Source: Halogeometricum borinquense DSM 11551
GTDB lineage: Archaea > Halobacteriota > Halobacteria > Halobacteriales > Haloferacaceae
Direction: 5' to 3'
Assembly: GCF_000172995.2 (NCBI RefSeq)
Contig: NC_014736.1
Coordinates: forward strand, 30,001 to 62,000
DNA length: 32,000 nucleotides
In this document: positions 27,256 to 32,000 of the stretch, one piece after another
Position numbering within the stretch: the first letter of the stretch is position 1
Layout of the letters: each line of letters opens with the position of its first letter
Notes under the pieces: generated by a model
What the model saw: the letters and a program-made list of their open reading frames with translations, nothing else
Databases searched by the model: none
What the model was told of the DNA's origin: nothing
Made by a program: the position numbers and the translations under genes

Positions 27256-28272
27256 ATGGAAGCACTCTCGGGAACTCTCCTCGTCGGCCGGTCGTTCGAG
27301 CCGATGCGGGGTCGTGTTGTCGTCGAAGACGGTCAGATCGAGCGTATCGAGGAGACAGAAACGACATCGACCGATATCATACTGCCGGCGTTCGTCAACG
27401 CTCACACGCATCTGGGTGACTCCGTTGCGAAGGAAGCGGCTATCGGGCTGTCGCTCGACAAAGCAGTGGCACCGCCGGACAGTCTGAAACACCGACGATT
27501 GGCGGCTGCTGACCGTTCCGACCTCGTATCAGCGATGCGCCGGACGCTCCGATTTATCGAGCGAACGGGGACGGTCTCCTGTTTGGACTTCCGGGAGTCC
27601 GGAACTGCCGGAGCACGCGCGCTCCATGAGGCGGCAGCGTCCGTTTCCCTTGACCCGTTCATCTTCGGGAGCGGAAAGAAGTCCGTCCTCGATGTTGCCG
27701 ATGGGTACGGAGCCTCCGGGGCAAACGACGGCGACTTCACCGAACAGCGTGCTGCCTGCCGGAAACGCGACGTGCCCTTTGCGATCCACGCTGGCGAACC
27801 CGACGCGACCGACATCCATCCGGCACTCGATCTGGAGCCGGACCTCCTCGTCCACATGGTGCACGCAGAACAGGACCACCTGCAACGAGTTACAGAGCAG
27901 TCAGTCCCAGTGGCAGTCTGTCCGCGCGCGAACACCGTTCTCGACGTTGGAACCCCTCCAGTACGGGAATTACTCGATCACACGACGGTCGCACTCGGGA
28001 CTGACAACGTCATGTTGAATCCCCCGTCGATGTTCCGGGAGATGGCGTACACGGTGAAACAGTTCGACGTTACCGCCCGAGAGGTGTTACGGATGGCGAC
28101 GACGGCCGGTGCCGAAATCGTTGGACTCGATTGTGGTGTCATCGCTCCCGGCCGGCGCGCAGCACTCCTCGTCCTCAACGGTGACTCGGACAATCTGACG
28201 GGCTCTGTTGATCCAGTACAGGCAGTCGTTCGTCGCGCGACCGAGTTGGACGTCAAACGTGTCCTCGTCTAG
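27256..28272 (+). CDS. Metal-dependent amidohydrolase family protein
   Basis: 338 aa. N-terminal metal motif PAFVNAHTHLGD, later HAGE and GTDN motifs. Confidence 0.75.
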   Translation: MEALSGTLLVGRSFEPMRGRVVVEDGQIERIEETETTSTDIILPAFVNAHTHLGDSVAKEAAIGLSLDKAVAPPDSLKHRRLAAADRSDLVSAMRRTLRFIERTGTVSCLDFRESGTAGARALHEAAASVSLDPFIFGSGKKSVLDVADGYGASGANDGDFTEQRAACRKRDVPFAIHAGEPDATDIHPALDLEPDLLVHMVHAEQDHLQRVTEQSVPVAVCPRANTVLDVGTPPVRELLDHTTVALGTDNVMLNPPSMFREMAYTVKQFDVTAREVLRMATTAGAEIVGLDCGVIAPGRRAALLVLNGDSDNLTGSVDPVQAVVRRATELDVKRVLV

Positions 28273-28754
28273 GAATCGTCTCCTGTCTGCGTCTTGGAAT
28301 TGAACTTTCCGAAGGGCGTCGTCTCGTGACTCCGAACGAGGACCTCGTCGGCAACGGTGAGCCCCATATCGAGAAGTTCCTGTGCAACGGGTGTAACGTC
28401 GCTGTCCGTCTCGCCGACTGCAGTGACTAGGAGGTTCTGTTCACCAGTGACCAACTCCTGGACTGATACCACGCCATCGATGGCCAGAATATCGGAGACG
28501 AGGTCACCACGTTCGGGAATCGCAGCGGTACAGTAAAGCAGCATTCGGAGCGGATAGCCTGATTTCTGATAATCAACGCTGGCGCTGTATCCTTTGATTA
28601 CGCCGTCGGATTCGAGACGCTGAATGCGCTTGCGGACAGTACTGTCGGAGGTACCGGTCCGCTCCGCGATGTCTCCGGACGACATGTTTCGGGCGTCTTC
28701 TTGGAGTGCATACAGGATCGCTTTGTCGACATCGTCGATCTTCTCGTCAGTCAT
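28269..28754 (-). CDS. Lrp/AsnC family transcriptional regulator
   Basis: 161 aa. HTH DDVDKAILYALQEDARNMSSGDIAERTGTSDSTVRKRIQRLESDGVIKGY plus a C-terminal RAM-type domain. Confidence 0.85.
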   Translation of the reverse strand: MTDEKIDDVDKAILYALQEDARNMSSGDIAERTGTSDSTVRKRIQRLESDGVIKGYSASVDYQKSGYPLRMLLYCTAAIPERGDLVSDILAIDGVVSVQELVTGEQNLLVTAVGETDSDVTPVAQELLDMGLTVADEVLVRSHETTPFGKFNSKTQTGDDS

Positions 28755-28870
28755 ATCAGTGTGTCCGCGACAAAGCCACTTTACCTTTGTACGTTGCTCG
28801 GGCTTTCAACAGAACTCTCTGCTCTTTCTTCCCTGTGGTCCCCAACGGGGTCTATCATACAGTAAGAATG

Positions 28871-28927
28871 AAGTTGAGACTATAGCGGGTTTATCGAGGC
28901 TGTGATGCGTGGTTTCGAACGGATTGG
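28871..28927 (+). repeat. ~57-bp intergenic repeat, copy B
   Basis: AAGTTGAGACTATAGCGGGTTTATCGAGGCTGTGATGCGTGGTTTCGAACGGATTGG versus copy A AAGTTGAGACTACAGCGGGTTTAGCGGGGCTGTAATGCCTGGTTTCGGCCGAATCGG. Confidence 0.8.
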
Positions 28928-28947
28928 TGTTCAGGAGTTGGAGGTGG

Positions 28948-30144
28948 TCAAACGTCGCCGTTGATGATATCCGCGACTCGCTGGCGGTCGAATAGCTGGT
29001 TTTCCGTGGGGATATCGTCGATAGTGCCCGGCCACTCGCCGAACTCGTCGGGGAACAATTGCATCGCGACCGCTTCCGCCGAGAAGAGATCAATCACCGG
29101 TCCCATATTCGTCCCGGCAGAACGGACGAAGTTATCGTTTTGCACGGCGGTCAGTTGGCTCATCGTTTCGTGATTTTTGGCTGCTTCGACGGTTTCTTGA
29201 AACGTTTCGTTGTCCGACTTTGTCAAATTATCAACTAAAGCGATATACTCTGGGTCTACCTCAAGGAGTTTTTCGTATCCAATCTTCTTGTACGGAACGT
29301 ACGTCTCCCCTTTGAACGCAGTGTCGACGCCGAGCTTACGGAAGGTTCTGGTGTCGTTTCTGAACGCATCGATATTTGCCGCCATGAACCCCTTCCCATC
29401 TACATTGAACCGAATGATGAAGGCCCCGACAGTCGGGCTGTCATCCGGGAGTCGTGACTGAATCTCGGTAAATACCGAGTCCTTGAGGTCAACCCATGCT
29501 TCGTACTGTGCCTGACGCTGGAAGATTTTCGCCGCCTTCTCGAAGGCTTCGTAGAGTGTGTAGTAAGGATCGCGGTCGTATGGGAATCGAATCAGCGACC
29601 CCAGAATCGGGCCGACGTTCTGCTCGATTTCCTTGAGATCGCTGTCATCCCACCCAGAGTACCGCTTGAGTATCCGCGGATCCATCAAGTGAACATCGGC
29701 GTCCACTTCGTAGAAGGCTTCTTTGTCAAATTCCGATTCGCTGGATTCCAACAGCGGTTGCACGGAATCCAGATCAACATCGATATCCGGAAGCGCTTCG
29801 TAATACTTCAGTTGCTCTTGTTCAAGCGACATCATTGCTGCCGGCTGGATACCCAATGCCATCGCAATATCCATCCAAGCCCCAGGAAAACTCGCGTACG
29901 TTTCGGGCACTTCCTCGAATGTATTGGTTCCAGCAGGTTTAACGGTCACATCATACGGTGTTGACGCATCGTTTGCTGCTGTGGACTCGCCGTTTGTTGT
30001 TGACTCTGCCGCGGTGCTATCTGCCGACGATGCATCGTCGTTGCCGAGACAGCCCGCAAGCACTCCACCGCCAAGAATGCTGCAGCCAGCTTTCAGTACA
30101 TCTCTGCGCCTCGGGACTCCGTATGAGATATCTCGGTCTTGCAT
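28948..30144 (-). CDS. ABC-transporter substrate-binding lipoprotein, iron-siderophore type (Tat signal plus lipobox)
   Basis: 398 aa. RRRDVLKAG...LAGC followed by a S/T/A-rich linker. It has its own copy of the palindromic operator. The family call rests partly on context. Confidence 0.65.
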   Translation of the reverse strand: MQDRDISYGVPRRRDVLKAGCSILGGGVLAGCLGNDDASSADSTAAESTTNGESTAANDASTPYDVTVKPAGTNTFEEVPETYASFPGAWMDIAMALGIQPAAMMSLEQEQLKYYEALPDIDVDLDSVQPLLESSESEFDKEAFYEVDADVHLMDPRILKRYSGWDDSDLKEIEQNVGPILGSLIRFPYDRDPYYTLYEAFEKAAKIFQRQAQYEAWVDLKDSVFTEIQSRLPDDSPTVGAFIIRFNVDGKGFMAANIDAFRNDTRTFRKLGVDTAFKGETYVPYKKIGYEKLLEVDPEYIALVDNLTKSDNETFQETVEAAKNHETMSQLTAVQNDNFVRSAGTNMGPVIDLFSAEAVAMQLFPDEFGEWPGTIDDIPTENQLFDRQRVADIINGDV

Positions 30145-30145
30145 A

Positions 30146-30165
30146 TTTTTAGGTCAGCCTAAGAA
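30146..30165. promoter_or_regulatory. Palindromic operator copy 7: TTTTTAGGT-CA-GCCTAAGAA (degenerate)
   Basis: Read directly, 2-21 bp upstream of the 30144 start. A separate TATA-like ATATAAAA (minus strand, 30168-30175) lies upstream of it. Confidence 0.65.
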
Positions 30166-30418
30166 GCTTTTATATGTTGTGTTTTTGTTGTCTAGCTAAA
30201 AGCAGCGTGACTCTCCACCCCGCCGTGGCCGAACAGCGGAGTCCACCGTATGAATCACCAGACTACCGATGTAATCAAAGCACGAATCACGACCTTACGC
30301 AACCAATCTTCCTTAGAATCGTGCTTCATCCGCGATCAATAGAATTGGTTATTTTACTGTTGATGTCAATAGATCTGGTTCGGAACATCTTTCTTCTAAC
30401 TTGATAATCACATCGTAT

Positions 30419-31204
30419 ATGCTGTTAGAGTCGCTCGTTGTGCTATTCGCAGGGATTGGTGCCGGTGCCGTCACTGGTCTGATCGGTGCATCCGCAGTGG
30501 TGGTTGTGACTCCAGTTCTCATCACAGTTCTGGGGTACAACCCGTACACAGCAATCGGGATTAGTCTCGTAACAGACGTGTTCGCGTCATCTGTCTCCGC
30601 GGCTACGTACTGGCGGAATGGAAACATTCGAATTCGAGGGGGCCTCACCATCGCCTTCACAGCGGTTCTCGCGGCTGTCGTCGGGAGTTGGCTGTCCGGT
30701 GACGTGGATCCGACGACGCTCGGTGGGTTGTCCGGGGTCGTGATTTTACTTATGGGCGTCTCGTTCACACGGAAATCGCTTAACGAACGGCTCGAGTCGT
30801 TTCGAGAGACCGCCGACTTATCCGCTGTCCGGGAACACAAGACGGTCGCCTCGGCACTCGCCGGAGGCTTCATCGGAACGATGACCGGCGTCTTCGGGGC
30901 TGGTGGCGGAGTTATGATTCTCATCATTCTCACGTTCATCCTCGAGTACGAGGTTCACACCGCCGTTGGTACGTCCGTCCTGATCATGATTTTCACGGCG
31001 CTCTCCGGCGGTGTGAGCCACTTTATCGTCGAGTCAGCTGTCCCGTTCGCCGCGCTGGGGATCAGTGGTATCGGTGGCATCGTCGGAGCCTTCCTCGCTG
31101 CACGGTACGCGAATCTGGTATCCGAAGAACGGCTCTCGACTGTTATCGGTATGACGTTCGTCGGTCTCGGCGGGTTCGTTGTCCTCCAGCGACTTCCGTT
31201 TTGA
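30419..31204 (+). CDS. TSUP/TauE-SafE family (DUF81) membrane permease
   Basis: Polytopic and Gly-rich, with internally duplicated G-x-GGG motifs (GIGAGAVTGLIGAS; GVFGAGGGVMIL). The ORF track starts at TTG 30401; the ATG at 30419 is preferred. Confidence 0.7.
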   Translation: MLLESLVVLFAGIGAGAVTGLIGASAVVVVTPVLITVLGYNPYTAIGISLVTDVFASSVSAATYWRNGNIRIRGGLTIAFTAVLAAVVGSWLSGDVDPTTLGGLSGVVILLMGVSFTRKSLNERLESFRETADLSAVREHKTVASALAGGFIGTMTGVFGAGGGVMILIILTFILEYEVHTAVGTSVLIMIFTALSGGVSHFIVESAVPFAALGISGIGGIVGAFLAARYANLVSEERLSTVIGMTFVGLGGFVVLQRLPF

Positions 31205-31399
31205 ACCGTCCGGAAGTAAACGCGCTGGGTCCTGGTCTCAGCGGGCAGGATGGGAAATATCCCACAGAAAGGCGGTTAATCGGCCTGCTACAAGCACAGG
31301 AACTATCTATACCCAAGATCCACAGTTGAGTGTAGATAGCGACGGTTTAGACAACTAAGGAAACACATAGTTGTCTGCAGACTGGTTATACGGATATCG

Positions 31400-32000
31400 A
31401 TGTACACGGTCGCAGACCTAGCGATCAACAACCGGCTCCAGACCGTTGAATACGATCTCAAGCTTGAATCGGCGCTTCGCCAGATGTTCGAGAATAGCTA
31501 TACTCAGGTCGGCGTTGAACGCGACGACGAGCTAGTCGGTATCGTTACGTACAGATCTGTTATCCGAACATTATTGGCGTTTCACCAGTTGGAAGTCGAT
31601 CAAAAAGGGTTAGACAGAATCTCGGTAGGGGCGGCAGTTGAAGATGTACACACAATTAGCGAGGATGAGAATATTCTCACAGTATTCGATGCGCTCGCGG
31701 AACACACGTATCTAGTAGTTATCCGAGACGACGAGTGGCGAATCCTCACCGATTACGACCTCCTGACGAGATTGAAACAAATGCTTGAACCATTTCTGCT
31801 GATCGAATCGATCGAGATGCGACTACGGGAGATTTTCGAGCGGGTATTTGGAGACGCGCTTTCGGACCGACTGGCCGAAACGTTTGGAGAGGAGCATCCG
31901 CTGCCAACGCCGACATCTGTCGAACACTGTAGCTATGCACACTATGCTCAGTTTATCTCGATTCACTGGGACGAGTTTGAGTCACTCTTCGACGATCAGC
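31400..32000 (+). CDS. CBS-domain pair protein with an additional C-terminal domain (partial, runs off the window)
   Basis: Hand-translated open frame from ATG 31400 with no stop to the window end. CBS-like strands LVGIVTYRSVIRTL and WRILTDYDLLTRL. Confidence 0.6.
   Translation, partial: MYTVADLAINNRLQTVEYDLKLESALRQMFENSYTQVGVERDDELVGIVTYRSVIRTLLAFHQLEVDQKGLDRISVGAAVEDVHTISEDENILTVFDALAEHTYLVVIRDDEWRILTDYDLLTRLKQMLEPFLLIESIEMRLREIFERVFGDALSDRLAETFGEEHPLPTPTSVEHCSYAHYAQFISIHWDEFESLFDDQ

Noticed and set aside
28269-28272. Convergent amidohydrolase and lrp genes overlap by 4 nt, sharing the palindromic CTAG as both stop codons
   Set aside because: It is genuine but trivial. It is a compact convergent arrangement with no evident regulatory meaning.
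31323-31360. Possible fourth copy of the 57-bp repeat (CAGTTGAGTGTAGATAGCGACGGTTTAGAC)
   Set aside because: Only the AGTTGAG and GGTTTAG cores match, and several indels are needed. This is too weak to call without a proper alignment or covariance model.
1-32000. Scan for CRISPR arrays, tRNA/rRNA genes and long tandem repeats
   Set aside because: I saw no regularly spaced direct repeats, no cloverleaf-compatible segments in the intergenic regions, and no rRNA-like conserved stretches. The only tandem repeat noted is the 10-bp duplication inside the transposase.

Overview
The window is high-GC DNA with a strongly acidic proteome, Tat/lipobox signal peptides and mostly leaderless gene starts. 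This fits a haloarchaeal (Halobacteria) accessory or megaplasmid-type region. I read three blocks.

(1) 0.1-14.1 kb is an NRPS-independent siderophore (NIS) cluster. It holds three IucA/IucC-family synthetases, a fused ABC exporter, a diaminobutyrate aminotransferase, a PLP decarboxylase, a glutamine-synthetase-like ligase and an RraA-like aldolase. No IucB or IucD-type gene lies inside the window. Every transcription unit in this block carries an 18-20 bp palindrome, TTTTAGGC-NN-GCCTAAAA. So does a distant siderophore-type substrate-binding protein at 28.9-30.1 kb. There are 7 copies in total. I regard this as the strongest directly visible signal.

(2) 14.1-21.2 kb is a decayed mosaic. It contains a doubly frameshifted IS4-superfamily transposase, one frameshift being a 10-bp tandem duplication. 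It also contains lower-GC segments, Tat-secreted and membrane hypothetical proteins, a signal-less S1 (GDSGGP) serine protease and several gene stumps.

(3) 21.2-28.9 kb holds a wHTH plus PemK/MazF-like toxin-antitoxin pair in which the toxin frame is broken. It also holds a putative operon of beta-carbonic-anhydrase-like gene, dabB and dabA (DAB inorganic-carbon pump). In that operon dabB carries a 1-nt frameshift and the CA-like protein lacks canonical zinc-site residues. An amidohydrolase and an Lrp/AsnC regulator complete the block.

A roughly 57-bp repeat occurs at 20.72 and 28.87 kb at about 84% identity, with a diverged copy at 14.42 kb. These copies bracket the accessory DNA that separates the two halves of the palindrome regulon. 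The window ends in a TSUP/TauE permease and a partial CBS-domain protein with a possible HEPN-like C-terminus. I found no rRNA, tRNA or CRISPR array.
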